64,000 nucleotides of DNA from Octopus sinensis (Eukaryota). Made by a program: the position numbers and the translations under genes. The stretch spans positions 157,046,001-157,110,000 of the forward strand of contig NC_043000.1 of NCBI RefSeq assembly GCF_006345805.1, given 5' to 3'. Positions 39,016 to 53,314 of this stretch are shown in pieces. Numbering within the stretch: position 1 is the first letter of the stretch; the number at the start of each line of letters is the position of its first letter. Below the pieces are notes generated by a model, which was given only the letters and a program-made list of their open reading frames with translations, was not told the DNA's origin and did no database searches.

Positions 39016-40251
39016 CCTGAAAACATTTTTTGTTAATTTTTGGTTACTGTAAATGTAAGCAGAAACCTGCCTAATTCAGTTTTGAATATCTTCGTCATCG
39101 GAAATAAAGCTGTCTTGATGTTTAAATTGGAAGACTGTGGCTAGCTCTTGTTATTACATTGAGTATAGTGTTCTACTGATAGTGGACATCTCACTTCTCT
39201 GGTGTCAACTGTCAGGCCGACTCTTTCATATGCTGCTGTAGATGCTGATAAAATGATGGCGTGTAGCGCTTTCGGAATGTAATGCTTGTCAATGCAGCAG
39301 CATTATTACCAGCCGATCAGCAATGTGTTGTTCATGAGCCCCAATGGTTACTGATAAATCGCATGCATATATAACACTGGCTGCACTGAATTCCACACAT
39401 CTGACCGTAAATAATTGACCTGGCTTCATTAACCTCGTTACTGGTGCGTGTACGAAGCATTCTGAGAAAAGATGAAGCAATCAAGAAATATAATTGACAG
39501 TCAGGATGAAGCGAAGTGGTTCCTCTTAGATGAATACTTGTATTAAATGTTGACTTATTTGTTTTTATGTGTATTGTGTATGAAAATGCTGCAGTTGTCA
39601 AAGAACGAACACATTTAGTAACAGAAATATTATGTCACTGCGTTCATTTGCAGTTAATTCCAGCTTGTGGCGATTCTAATGGTTCACCAAAAATGTTCCT
39701 GCCGTAATCATCCAGATCATCCCGTCTTTTTAATGTGTTCAGAACAACGGTATCTAATAAGTCGGAAAATTGACAGAGTCTCGTGACACTAGTTCCAAGC
39801 ACTTGCCGCTGAGTTCGAACCCCGCTGTAGTCTACTTTACCTTTCATCCTTTCAGTGCCGTTTAAAAAAAAAGAAAAAAGACAATTATCAATCTAGGGAA
39901 TCTAGGGCGGTGTATTGGTGGAATTGCTGCAGGTTCGTCGGATCGACTGCCGCATGGCTTATGTCCTGAATCTCAGCAACTTGAGTTCAAATCCTGATTA
40001 GGTCAGTATTATCTTTCACGCCTTTGGTGCTGATGAAATTTTTTAAAAAGTACTAATCTAGAGTGAGGCATTGGTGAAACTGTAGGCACATCGGTCTGTA
40101 TGCGTTATGATATTTGTTCCGTCTCTTTGCATTCTGAGATCGAATCACGCTTTATCTTATTAGCTGGGTCCTAGGTTCAATCTGTCGCTCGATTTAACAT
40201 TGTTGTAAGCATTTAGGGCAGCTCCCTGGCTCCAGGATGCATCTCTCTTAC

Positions 40252-40308
40252 CTTCCTGCCAGTTTTCAAGATCCTTTAAAAGGTCATGAGCCCTGATTTC
40301 TCTCCCAA
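40252..40308 (-). CDS. Candidate 57-nt exon (GREIRAHDLLKDLENWQE)
   Basis: Acceptor TCTTCATTATCTTTTAG, donor AAG|GTAAGA, single open frame (phase 1-1). Confidence 0.3.
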
Positions 40309-41035
40309 CTAAAAGATAATGAAGATTGCTCTTTCTTTTTTGAAGACTAATGTGCAATTTGAGGGAGAATTGTGTGCTATTTTAGCAGGTCAAGCAGTCA
40401 ATCAGATGCGTCTTCCATAGATCATGTTTACTCCAAGGCGGAAAATTGATTGGATCTTGAGAGTACAACGCCTAATCATGCTAAAGACAGTGCAATCCGT
40501 AATTCCTTACCTAGTTTTAAAAAGTCTGTTTAATATCGATATATAGGGACCATAAGGGACCCTATCAGATATTAAGTTGGAAGGTACAGATACTATTATA
40601 CATTGACCTTAGCTAAAGGGTAGAGAAGTTATGGTAATGGAATTTTCCCCCAGATTAATCCCGGACTGAGCTGACTCAATCATGATCATGTCGTCGTGTT
40701 TATATGAGACATCGCGCATCTAGGTCATATTAAAGGTTTGTTCCTGTTCTAGGTGTTAGGGTGTACTACTAACAGCTATTTCTAGCAGTTCGAGTGACCA
40801 TATAGTGGCTCCATTGTTGGCTCATTGCTATTGCTGGTGTTCTTGTTGTTGCGTAATTAACTTGACCGAAGTCGACTAATGATGTTTGACGTCACCATAC
40901 GTCACCGTATGTGTATGTGTAGGAGGTGGCGGCTGATTCACACCCTCGCTTTGGCAGTACTGTTCACTACTGAATGACTAATTACTACCTCGCTCTCTAT
41001 TTCACTTCATATCTTTCTATCTTATCTGTCTGTCA

Positions 41036-41067
<32 letters not shown>

Positions 41068-42158
41068 TATATATATATATATCTTTCTTTCACTCTCTTG
41101 TTATCTCGTTCTCTTTTATCTGTATATCAGCCAGGTTTTCCTCTCCCCCTCCCTCTATCTCTTTCTCTGTCGAACAATCTGTTTTCGTGGCTCCTTTGTC
41201 TCCCTCCGTTCCTCTCCTTTGTCTACGTAACAACTCCACCACTTCCCTCACGGTTCTCTGTATCTCTTTCTCTTTGTGTCTCTGCTCCACTATCTCTCTC
41301 TCTCCTTCCCTCTCCTCCTCTCTCTTTGTCCTTCTGTCTCTGTCACTGCCTCTTAATATGCCCTCTTCCCCCTCTCTCTCTCTCTTAGTCTTTCCTCACT
41401 CACACTTTCTCTCCCCCGTATATCTCTTCAACATCTCAAACTCGTCATTCTTTCATATCTTCTGTTTTGTTCTCTTTTACTCACACACAACTCCTCTTCC
41501 TCTTTCTTTCCTTCTCGCTCTCTTTCTGATTTTCTTTTTCCTTTCTGTCTATCTGCTTCTCTCTCTCCCCCTCACTCTCTCTCTCATATGTTCCCACTTC
41601 ACTCTTCTTCACAGTTATTCTTTCTACCTCTCACTCTCACCCTTGCCCTTTCCCTATTCAAATTTCCATCCTTCCTTTCTTTTTCACCTTGTATTTATTA
41701 CATTCCCTTTCTACTATTAACCATCAATCCCCCGCTTTTTTCCCTATACTCCTCTCTGTCTTTCTCCCGTACTCATTGTCTACCCCTCTCTCTCTTTCTC
41801 CCCCTCTCTCTCTCTCTCACTCTTTCTTTGCCATCAACCCCACCCCATTCTGTCTTATAGTCGTTGCTAGAAGGTCATGACTTGTCTTTTTCTGCTTGTC
41901 CAGCCTTTTGTCGATTGCACACACGACAACATTTCACATGGATAAGACACGAGAGTTAAAAGAAGAAAAAAATTTGATTAACTCCAATTGACTTTGCAAT
42001 TAGACACCTCTTGGAGATTTTTAAACATAAAAAGCACCAAGCAAGGGAGATAACTTTAATAACATCAGAGAGTCGATTATTATTATTATTATTATTAATT
42101 ATTATTATATTATTATTATTATTATTTATTATTATTATCATCATCATCATTATCATCA

Positions 42159-42190
<32 letters not shown>

Positions 42191-42279
42191 TTTATTTTAT
42201 TTTTTATTATATTATTATTATATTATTATCATCATCATATCATCATCATCATCTCATCATCATATCATCATCATCATCA

Positions 42280-42330
<51 letters not shown>

Positions 42331-42339
42331 TATTATTAT

Positions 42340-42620
42340 AGCCAGTGTGAAAGCGCCTGAAGGCCAGATGGAATGAAGGGGAGAGGGTATCTATCTCAGG
42401 TGCCTTTGGTGTTAGGGGTCCACAGTGTGTGAGGTTCCTTTGGTCACCTCTCAGTGGAACTCCCCCCAATATTAGGAAAGTATATTGTTGGTTTAATCTC
42501 TTTGCTGTGTTTTATTATTCTTTTTTTTTTGCTGTTTACACGTTTAACTTCACTGTCCCTCGTGTGTGTATCTTCCTTTATGTTTTTTGTTCGGCCCTGG
42601 TGGCCAATAAAGAAAGTATT
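42340..42620 (+). mobile_element. L1/Tx1-like 3' UTR remnant within (ATT)n
   Basis: GTGTGAGGTTCCT..GGAACTCCC..GGCCAATAAAGAAAG is homologous to the reverse complement of 4990-5180. Confidence 0.65.
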
Positions 42621-42669
42621 ATCATTATTATTATTATTATGCAAGAAGTCATCATTATTATTATCATTT

Positions 42670-43056
42670 AAGGTGGTGAGCTGGCAGAAACGTTAGCGTG
42701 CCGGGCGAAATGCTTAGCGGTATTTGTCTGCTGCTACGTTCTGAGTTCAAATTCCGCCGAGGTTGACTTTGCCTTTCATCCTTTCGGGGTCGATTAAAGA
42801 AGTACCAGTTATGCACTGGGGTCGATATAATCGACTTAATCTGTTTGTCTGTCCTTGTTTGTCCCCTCTGTGTTTAGCCCCTTGTGGGTAGTAAAGAATA
42901 GAAATAGGTATTTCGCCCGTCTTCGTGTTCTGAGTCCAAATTGCGCCGAGGTCGACTTTCCCTTTCATCCTTTCTGGGTCGATAAAAATAACTACCAGTT
43001 GAGCACTGGGGTTGGTGTAATCGACTTACCTTTCCCCCGAGATTGCTGCCCTTGTA
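42670..43056 (+). mobile_element. SINE-B composite: young unit joined to an older-subfamily unit at the same junction
   Basis: GAAATA|GGTATTTCG at 42901-42915. The second unit has the old-type tail. Confidence 0.85.
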
Positions 43057-43088
43057 ACATATATACACACACACACACGCACACACAT

Positions 43089-43136
<48 letters not shown>

Positions 43137-43683
43137 GTATTTATATTTATCGCCATATCAATATGGGTATTCGACATTAGTAACCGTCTTTAACCCCAGG
43201 AAGAGCCTCCTCCAGCTGGTTATCAATGCATTCTGCACCCGAGAGAGAGAGAGAGAGAGTGAGTGAGAGAAAGAGTGAGAGAGAGGGAGGGAGGGGAGAG
43301 AGGAGGAGAGAAAGAGAGCACATATGGATATCAACAACATAGGTAGGACAAATCTGCAGAGGATTGCTCAGCATGTTAAATACAATATATACGATATAGG
43401 TAATTGAGAAATATATAGCAAAGAACTTTGATTGGGATTAGCCATGCAATTAGTATGCAAAAAAACTTTCTAGCCTGGAACTTTTGAAATATGAAAACCT
43501 TCAAACAAGGGAGACGACTCAAATAATATAATCTAACACAATGTTTTTTGCAAGGTTAAGACGTTCTAGATGGGAACGAATCTTGTATATCCTAAGTTTT
43601 ATGGTTCTTGCTGTTGTTGACGTCGATGTTGTTGTCGTTGTTCTTGTTGTCCTTCGGACCACCTTTTAATATAGCCTAGTTTA

Positions 43684-44115
43684 ACGCAGCGAGCTGGTAA
43701 AATCGTTAGCACGCCGGACAAAATGCTTAGCGGTATTTCGTCTGCCGCTACGTTCTGAGTTCAAATTCCGCCGCGGTCGACTTAGACTTTCATCCTTTTG
43801 GGGTCGATAAATTAAGTACCAGTTACGCACCGGGATCGATGTAATCGACTTAATCCCTTTGTCTGTCCTTGTTTGTCCTCTCTGAGTTTAGCCCCTTGTG
43901 GGCAATAAAGAAATGAGGATCGTTAGCACGCTGGAAAAAAGTTCTTAACGGCATTTCGTTCGTCTTTTCGTTCTGAGTGCAAATTCCACCGAAATAGACT
44001 TTGTCGTTCATCCTTTCAGAGTCAATAAAATAAGTACCATTTTAGCACTGTGCTTGACGTAATCGACTTTCCTCAGCCTCTCGAAATTGCTGGCCTTTCA
44101 CCGAAATTTGAAACC
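43684..44115 (+). mobile_element. Two adjacent or nested SINE-B copies
   Basis: A young copy to 43914 is followed by a diverged copy starting ATCGTTAGCACG. Confidence 0.8.
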
Positions 44116-44786
44116 GATATATCAGCACCATTTGAGCTGACCTATACTTAAAGGCATTACAGTCACGTGTATTCCGCCCACTTTCTCTCTGTTGGGGGAA
44201 CGGTGCAGAAAAGCGGACATGCTGGATCTAAAGATACAACATTTCATCCGATGCGCCCCACCTTATTCTTATTGTCATATAACGGGTATGATTTTAGCGA
44301 GAATTAACTATGATTTCCAGCGGATCGAGAGATTACGCAGATTGTTCTTCATTGACACAATGTTACTGTTGTTGGTGCTGTTATTGTTTTTGGTGCAGCT
44401 GACATTGTGGATCTGCTGATAAGGGAGTTGGTGTTACAATGCTGACGATAACGGTGACGCAATACCGCAGCTCTCGTTTCTGTTGTTGGTTTGTTGTTGT
44501 TGTTGTTATGGTGGTGGTGGTGGTGGTGGTGGTGGTGGTGGTAGCATAGACTATTCTTGCTGCTGCTGTAATTGTTTTGAACTTCTGCTATTGTTTATAT
44601 TGCTGCTTTGAATAGTTCAGCTTTCATTTATACATTTATCTTCCTATTTTTGTTTTGTTTTGTGTTGTGTTTGTATATAATTTAGTCGAAATAGGAAGGG
44701 CAATAACCATGACAATTTTAGGAGGAAATAGACTGAGTTATGCTCGGACCGAAATCCTGTGAACTTTGCTAAAGACACCGAAGTGG

Positions 44787-45180
44787 TTGTCGGGGATGCT
44801 AAGCCGTGTGAAGGCGCATTACCCGCACTTGACAGCTGGTATACAAGCTGGCTATACAGAGATAGAGGGCATTACACAACATTAAGGTTCAGACACGTGA
44901 CCTCACCTCTTCCTCATTCTGCACTGAGACCTCGAACTGTGAAGACATGATCTAGTCTCTCTCTCAACACACACCAGCTAGCGGATAAGAGCCGAGCACA
45001 GAAGATCATGGACTTTATGCACCAACTATTCCATTTATCATTCCATTGTGCATATACATGTGGCCACAATAAACGTGTTCAAGTTACAACCTTGTTTGTA
45101 TATGTTCCTCATCCGAGTTTGCTACCAGCGAGATTACAGCCTTCTGAGAGTCATATTAGGTGGCTCAATGACGACTAACA
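44787..45180 (+). mobile_element. Possible solo LTR
   Basis: About 400 bp of moderately GC-rich unique sequence with imperfect terminal IR (GTTGTCG..CGACTAACA) and AATAAA about 110 bp from the end. No clear TSD. Confidence 0.3.
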
Positions 45181-45644
45181 CCATCTAATCGTGCAACAGT
45201 TTAAAAGCAAAGGACACATCTATGACATAACAGCTGTGAGAGGCTGTGAATTTTTAGGTGACACGCAATAAGACTTTGAAAAAGTTTCTCCTTGCTATTT
45301 CGCGTGAAGAAGCTTATCTAAAATGTTCTGATGGCCGTATTTTCTTCACTCATGAGAAGAGTTAATTTCTTGACCTCTCCTTATTAATAACTCCCTCACA
45401 GCAGACATTCTTATCCTGTCTTTTATACCTGTAGTTCTCATCCGAATGTAAAGGCTATATTGGCAAGTCTTTCACGTTTAATCACTTTGCGAATATATCT
45501 TTTCCACGTCTTACCTCTAAAGGGAGCATTTGGACTTAACAAAATTTCATTTCAATACCTTTGTAAAATTAAGTAACGATATCCAATTGTATTTTTGGTG
45601 TTAATCAATATCAATTGCTCCATACTACATCAGACCATCTAGAC

Positions 45645-45721
45645 CAGTGATTCTCAACCATTTTACGTCTATGAACCTCTTTCATTCCTATTTTACTCTT
45701 TTGGATCTCTACAGTCATTCG

Positions 45722-45763
<42 letters not shown>

Positions 45764-46480
45764 AATCTTACTGTATTTTTATAATTAAATATTATTAGCA
45801 ATTGCATAAAGATTAAAAATATTGGGTTGTCCGGAAAGTTCGTGCCGATTTATAGTAGCTTACCTTTCGACTTATTTTAGAACATGGTTGAGTCCATAAA
45901 ATACCTCCATATAGAGCACAGTTTAAGCTATCTTTTCGTGGAAGAAGATTTATGTTCCTATAAACTGTGTTAATTCTGTAGCCCTTTAAAATGGAAGACA
46001 AGATAATTCATTTTCGGCACTTGCTGCTTTGGGAACCAAACAAAAATTGCTGCAGCTCGGCTGGGATGTGCTCCCCACTCTCCATATTCACCAGTTATTG
46101 CTCCTCTGGATTTCCACTTATTCAGGTCTCTGCAGAATAGTCTTAATGGTAAAAATTTCAATTCCTTGGATGACGTAAGAATATACCTTGATGAATTCTT
46201 TGCCATGAAACCACCTCAACTCTGGGAAGAGGGTATTTTCAACTTAAAGGAAATATGGAGACGCATTGTGCAACAAAATGGTTCATATTTAGTTGATTAA
46301 AAATGTAACGGCAAGTATTTATTGACCTTTTTATTTCCTTTAAAAATCAGCACGAACTTTCCGGACAACCCAATATTGTGTGTATTGTAGAAGTATAACC
46401 AATTTATTGCAGATAAATTTTACCAAGAGAATCTTAAATGGAGGCCCAAGGGCCAAATGGACCTCCGTTGAGAACCACTG
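45645..46480. mobile_element. hAT (Charlie-type) non-autonomous element carrying a nested mariner
   Basis: TIRs CAGTGATTCTCAAC / GTTGAGAACCACTG, flanked by NTCTAGAN 8-mers (ATCTAGAC, GTCTAGAT). Confidence 0.75.
45822..46373 (+). mobile_element. Internally deleted mariner transposon
   Basis: 30-bp TIRs TTGGGTTGTCCGGAAAGTTCGTGC with TA TSD. Encodes MEDKIIHFRHLLL fused to C-terminal QLGWDV..PYSPVIAPLDFHLFRSLQNSL..IVQQNGSYLVD*. Confidence 0.9.
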
Positions 46481-47493
46481 GTCTAGATAGAATGAGTAAG
46501 AGACGTTTCTGGATTCCTTTCTATATTCACTACATTTTGTAGGCAGGTTTGATGAAAAGTTTAACAGGAGAGCAAAGAACAGTGTTGACAAGCTAGCGCC
46601 TAGCTGGATGTCTTTGTGGTGATGTGTGATATCATATTTAAAAGGTAAAGGGCTAGCATATTCGCATTATATGTTAATTACCAGCTAGCAGTGGTTACAG
46701 AACTTTGGTTAATGTAATGCCTCGAGACTCCACCTTTGCGGATAACTATCAAAGGCTGTCTAGCAGTCCGACCACTTTACACCAAATTCCCATGGTTCCT
46801 CACTGCTTTTACATTTTGTAGAGTAGTAGCTGCTCGATACAGCCCCACACTTCTTTCTTTTATTCTGTTTACTCATGTGTCAACGACATTGTTTCGAGGA
46901 TACAATGATTATGTAAGAGTCGATTGAGGCAGCCATTGAATGTCATTTATTGTTCTGAAAGGCTATTTGGCAGCGACTTGGGTGTTCAGAATAGTTTTGT
47001 AAGGAGTGGAATGATGATGACAGCAATTTGGGTATGTTAACATATCTCTAATGCATATATCTATGTGCGTGTGCAGGTATAGATATATATGCATGTGTGG
47101 ATGTGCATGTATAAACTTGCTTTCACTTGCACAAAGCATATATGCATATATTAGAATACATTAGTCTAAAATATGTACAAATATGTATGTAGCTTAAATA
47201 TATATACATACATACATACATACATACATACATACATACATACATACATACATACATACATAAATGCAAACATACATACATACATACATACATAAATACA
47301 TACATACATACATACATACATACATACATACAAACATACATAAATACATACATACATACATAAATACATACATACAAACATACATACATACAAACATACA
47401 TACATACATACATACATACATACAACATACATACATATATACATACATAACATACATACATACTACATACATACATACATACATACATACAAC

Positions 47494-47526
<33 letters not shown>

Positions 47527-47679
47527 TCATATATATATATTCATATACATATATACACATATATATACACATACGTGTGCATGCGTATACACACATTAAT
47601 ACAAACATGCCTACACATGCACAAAGATATCTACATTTATGTGTCGACGTGAAAATACATATGCATCACTCTCTTCCTA

Positions 47680-47733
<54 letters not shown>

Positions 47734-48627
47734 GATATAGATATATATATATATATATATGAATTATTATTAATCCAAACAATTGGAAGAAAATTAACAG
47801 AGAATATATTAGAATGAATTAATTAGAGTTTAATTAGATTTTAGAATATAGAAAAACAATTTATTGTTTTCACATTAAATTTTCAAAAGTGTATAATATA
47901 TCGAGCTGTGTGTCGAATTGTTTCTTATATGACCATTGTTATAGAAACTGTTTATAAAAAATGAACGTGGCCCAGAATGTTATACGTTAACGTACAAAAT
48001 TATGACTATTGCAAGAAAGTCACACAGAGTTTTTCATCATTGATTATGTCATATGATAGTTCGAAAAGAGAGATATGATTAAGTGATATTTTACTGTGTT
48101 TTCTCTCTCGTTTTATGCCAGCAGTAATAAAGACTGAAACTTGACATTCATTTAAAAAAAAATATGTTATAGTTGCTTACATAATGTGTTACACATAGTT
48201 ATTGTTTTTTATTCAGTCGAAGAAGGACGTAATTAATTAATGTTAGTTCACTCACATTGAACGTGTTAAAACATATCTTTTCTTTGTTAAGAAAGTTTAT
48301 GGTGAGTAAGATAATGAGGTGTGGAGCAAGTACGATAGATAATAGCCTCTACACGAATTTTACTTAAGAACGTGTGCAAGACGACATACGTAATATATTT
48401 TCACAATAATCAATTCATAGGAAAAGGAGAATCATGTATTACTGATGTTTTTATAGCCTTTTCTGCAGTGGCTTGTATTTTTTAATAAACGAATTTCCGT
48501 TTTTTTTTATTCTTGTTCGATCTGTGGTATGGTCTGCACATTGATAGAATGGGAAGACAAGACATTTAAGAGATCTGGTTTTCGAGCATTTATCCAGATG
48601 TTCACTGAGTGGAATTTTTCTATTATT

Positions 48628-48833
48628 AAGGCGACGAGCCGGCAGAATCGTTAGCACGCCGGGCGAAATGCTTAGCGGTATTTCGTCCGTCTTTATGTTA
48701 TGGGTTCAAATTTCGCGTAGGTCGACTTTGTCTTTCATCCTTCCAGGGTCGATAGAATAAGTACCAGTTGAACACTGATATAATCGACTCACTCCTCCCT
48801 CAAAATTGCTGCCCTTGAGGCAAAATTTGAAAC

Positions 48834-48869
<36 letters not shown>

Positions 48870-49445
48870 GGCGGCGAGCTGACAGAATCGTTAGCATGCC
48901 GGGCAAAATGCTTAGCAACATCTCGTCCGTTTTCATGTTCGGAGTTCAAATTTCATCGAGGACAACTGTAACTTTCATCTTTCGGGGTCGATGTAATCGA
49001 CTTAACCTCTCCCCCAAAATCTCAGACCCTGTGCCTTTAGTAGAAAGGATTATCATTATCATTACTAAGGCAGCGAGCAGGCAAAATCGTTCGTATGTCA
49101 CAGGACAAGATGTTTTGTGTCTTTATACTCTGAGTTCAAATTCTGCTGAGGTTGATTTTGCCTTAAATGTCGATAAAATTAGAACCATTTGAGCAGTGAG
49201 GTCGATTAAACATTACTACCGAAACTTCAGGCTTTGTGCCTTTAGTACAAAGGACTATTGTAAGGCAGCGTGCTGGCAAAATCGTTAGCATGCAGGAAAA
49301 ATCCTTTGCGACATTTCTACTGGTTCTTAATCTTCTGAGTTCAAATTTCGCCGAGGTTTATTTTGCCTTTCAACCTTTTGGGATCAATAAAACAAAGTAC
49401 GAGCTTAGCACCGGGATCGATGTAACCGACTTATTTCTTCCTCCT
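48628..49445 (+). mobile_element. Cluster of four older SINE-B copies chained through (ATT)n tails
   Basis: AAGGC(G/A)GCGAGC heads at about 48628, 48868, 49067 and 49262. Confidence 0.8.
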
Positions 49446-49989
49446 AAATAAAATTCTCATTTCTTTATTTTGATAGATCATTCTCTTTTAGTTATCCCGT
49501 AACTACGTATCTGACATAACAGTCGTTTACACTTCTAGTAATATTTCATTCAATTTTTCAAAACAGACTCGCATAAATTATAACAATCTATTTTCAATTT
49601 CCTTTCGATGATTTCAGTACGCTAAATCAGACATTTCTAGCAATTTCTTTTTTTCCTATTTCGATTCACCATTACTCTTCTAATTAAAAGCAGATTATTT
49701 CCTAGTTCTGTTCAATTTTCCTACAGTTTTCAATAACATAACCTTATAGCAAATATAAGCAACTTACTTTACAGATACATTTATTTAATTCATGTACCAC
49801 GCTCAATAAATACTTGTTCAATTCGTTTTCTGATTTATGTTCGAGGTTCAATAAATAACCAGCTTTCATTTCATTGACGTTTAATAACATTGAATCTTTT
49901 AATATCGGGAGCTATTATATGCTCGGTTCAATGCTCAAGACACCAGAAATAAAACTACGTACCTGAAAACACACATGTACACACACACA

Positions 49990-50029
<40 letters not shown>

Positions 50030-50086
50030 ATCGGTGTGTGTTCTTTTACTTGTTTCTGTCATTGGATTGCGACTATACCGGAGCAC

Positions 50087-50119
<33 letters not shown>

Positions 50120-50273
50120 TGTATGTATGTATGTATGTATGTATGTATGTATGTATGTATGTATGTATATATGCATGTATGCACGTATGTGTATGTATGT
50201 ATGTATGTATGTATGTATGTATATGTATGTATGTATGTATGTATAATACATGTTAAATACATCTATATACAAT

Positions 50274-50505
50274 AAGGCGGCGAGCTGGCAGAAACGTTAG
50301 CGCGCCGGGCGGAATGCTTAGCGCTATTTCGTCTGTCGTTACATTCTGAGTTCAAATTCCGCCGAGGTCGACATTGCCTTTCATCCTTTCGGGGTCGATA
50401 AATAAAAGTACCAGTTTCGCACTGGGGTCGATGTAATCGACTTAATCCCTTTGTCTGTCCTTGTTTGTCCTCTCTATGTTTAGCCCCTTGTGGGCAATAA
50501 AGAAA
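50274..50505 (+). mobile_element. SINE-B monomer
   Basis: Full head through to GGGCAATAAAGAAATA. Confidence 0.9.
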
Positions 50506-51320
50506 TATATATACATGTATGTGGGGTTACCTGGCTTAGTGTTTAGGATGTTGAACACGTGATCGTAAACTTGTGTTTCCGATTCCTGGACCAGGAGATG
50601 CGTTTGTGCCCTTGAGCAAAACATTTCATTACACGTCGCTCCAGTTCACTCAATTGACAAAAATGAGTAATCCTTCAATGGACTGGTGTCTCGACCAGAG
50701 GGGAATATATAAGCCACGGAAACCAGAAAATCCGCTTTTACGATCCCGTGATTTGGGAAGGAATTTTGGTCCTTTTGTTGATATGTATGATATGTATGTA
50801 AAATAAAAATGATATATTCATATTTGCACATATTTGTTGGATGGCCGTTGACTACTCATGAATTCCTCCGCCCTTTGACTGCTCTTAGTTTTCGTCCCGC
50901 AGGGTGTCCAACAATCGCCCTCCTCATCAAGAAAGCCTAGTGGTGTTGCCACTTTATTCACCGATGACCCGACTATGCAACAGCTTGTGACAGACCATGC
51001 CTTTCTTTTGCTAGGTTCCAATGCGGATCCCTGAAAAAACGAGCCTCCTCCAACTACTCTGCCTATATATCTGTGCACACATTTTAATGCCGTATATGCC
51101 ATAAGGTCTGCAAATCTAATGGGGTCCTCAAACGACATTTTAAGATCCACAAAGATCAGAACTTAACTGCAGATCTTGGTGGTCCAAATCAGATATGCAA
51201 TCTATGTGGGTGTCTTTTCAAAACATTGTCTGATTTGAAAAGCCGTACCAAGCGCCATGTTAGATCTAAGATGTTAGTACAAGAGGTGGCCAGACTCTGC
51301 ATAAGGAGTACACAACCACC

Positions 51321-51750
51321 ATGTATGTATGTATGTATGTATGTATGTATGTATGTATGTATGTATGTATGTATGTATGTATGTATGTATGCATGCATGC
51401 ATGCATGCATGTATGTATGTATGTATGCATGCATGTATGTATGTATGTATGCATTTATGTATGTATGTATGTATGTATGTATGTATGTATGTATGCATGC
51501 ATGCATGCATGTATGCATGTATGTATGTATGCATGCATGTATGCATGTATGTATGCATTTATGTATGTATGTATGTATGTATGTATGTATGTATGCATGC
51601 ATGCATGCATGTATGTATGTATGTATGTATTTATGTATGTATGTATGTATGTATGTATGTATGTATGTATGTATGTATGTATGCATGCATGCATGCATGC
51701 GTGTATGTATGTATGTATGTATGTATGTATGTATGTATCTATGTATGTAT
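51321..51750. repeat. (TATG/CATG)n microsatellite
   Basis: Read directly from the sequence. Similar tracts at 2037, 25695, 47205 and 50091. Confidence 0.95.
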
Positions 51751-52301
51751 AACAAATTTTTATTGACTGGGACTTTAGGCTTTGTTGATGACTGTTAAGC
51801 CATTGTTATTCACCCCATCAGTATCACTAAATATTCCCCTATTGTTCTTAAGCTTCCTTTGAATTAATCCCAGTTTAGTGATACAAACATTCACATATCC
51901 ATATATGCATGCATACATACATGCATATAGATATTCTGTATACATACATACATACATACATACATACATACATACATACATACATACATACATACATACA
52001 CACACATATATGTATACATATATGCTTATATGTGAAGGCACCTACTGGTTAGGCTGTTGCACACGCAATCGTTAGATCGTGGGTTCGATTCCAAGATCGG
52101 GCAGCGCGTCGTGTTCTTGAGCAAGACACTTCATTTCACGTTGCAGTAGTCGCCGTTTCGCTCAGTGGGGGAATGCTGACCTGCTCGCTCAGTCAGCAGG
52201 GTGGCGTCATTCGCAGTCTAAAACAATGCAAAGTGCATTGTGTAACAACACCCGATAATCTGGTCGGTCATGTGATCACGTGATACGCATACACAAACAC
52301 A

Positions 52302-52337
<36 letters not shown>

Positions 52338-52339
52338 TC

Positions 52340-52460
52340 ATACTAGAGTACTACATAAGCACCTGCTTCTCTAAAAATAGAAGTCAAAATACTCCTGTGG
52401 CTTAGGGGTAATTTGACTTCTATTTTTAGCGAAGCAGGTTCTTATGTAGTACCCTAGTAT
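52340..52460. mobile_element. Fold-back hairpin / MITE-like element in a TA tract
   Basis: 57-bp arms (52340-52396 and 52404-52460) with about 5 mismatches and loop GTGGCTT. Confidence 0.75.
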
Positions 52461-53034
52461 ATATGAATATATTTATATATCTTATATACAATTACTAATT
52501 TTGCATATACAGATTTTACGCTCGAGGCCACTAAGGCTATTATTCTTAGGAATAATAATGTTCTCTTATATACACACACGTAATTGTATGTTTGTGTGTG
52601 TGTATATATATATATGCATATATGCATCTTCATACATATACACATAAAGTGTTTGTCTATAGAAGTAACCAGCCAGAAATATTATAAATAGCATTGCTTG
52701 AAATAAAAGTTTATTAATGCAATCAATGTGAATTCGGTGTCAAGTCAAAAATAAACTGTAGGCCGCTTGGCTTGCTCAAGCGAAGCCTTACAGGATGTAA
52801 ATGGAATTTCAAGTACTAATTGCTTAGAGACAACACGAAAGCTGATTGGAATGAGGCCTGACACATCTTCTGAGAAGCAGACGGCCATGAAATTATCTCT
52901 TAATTCTAGTCATTTCTTCTTCAGGTAACTGACCATTTTTACAGTACGACAAAAATATACAATATGGTGTCTTTACTTTTACGTTTCCACACATACACGT
53001 AAACATGCGCTCACACAAACACACACACACACAC

Positions 53035-53072
<38 letters not shown>

Positions 53073-53164
53073 TGCACACATATGTATATACACATACACA
53101 TGCCGATCTTTATATACATGTGCGGATGTATATATATATAAATATATATACATATACATACACA

Positions 53165-53214
<50 letters not shown>

Positions 53215-53281
53215 CATACATACATATATATATATACACATATTTACATATATACGTACATTCATACTTATATACATATAA

Positions 53282-53314
<33 letters not shown>

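Noticed and set aside
40974-41720. 248-aa hydrophobic ORF
   Set aside because: It is a low-complexity CT-rich tract; the lack of stops follows from composition.
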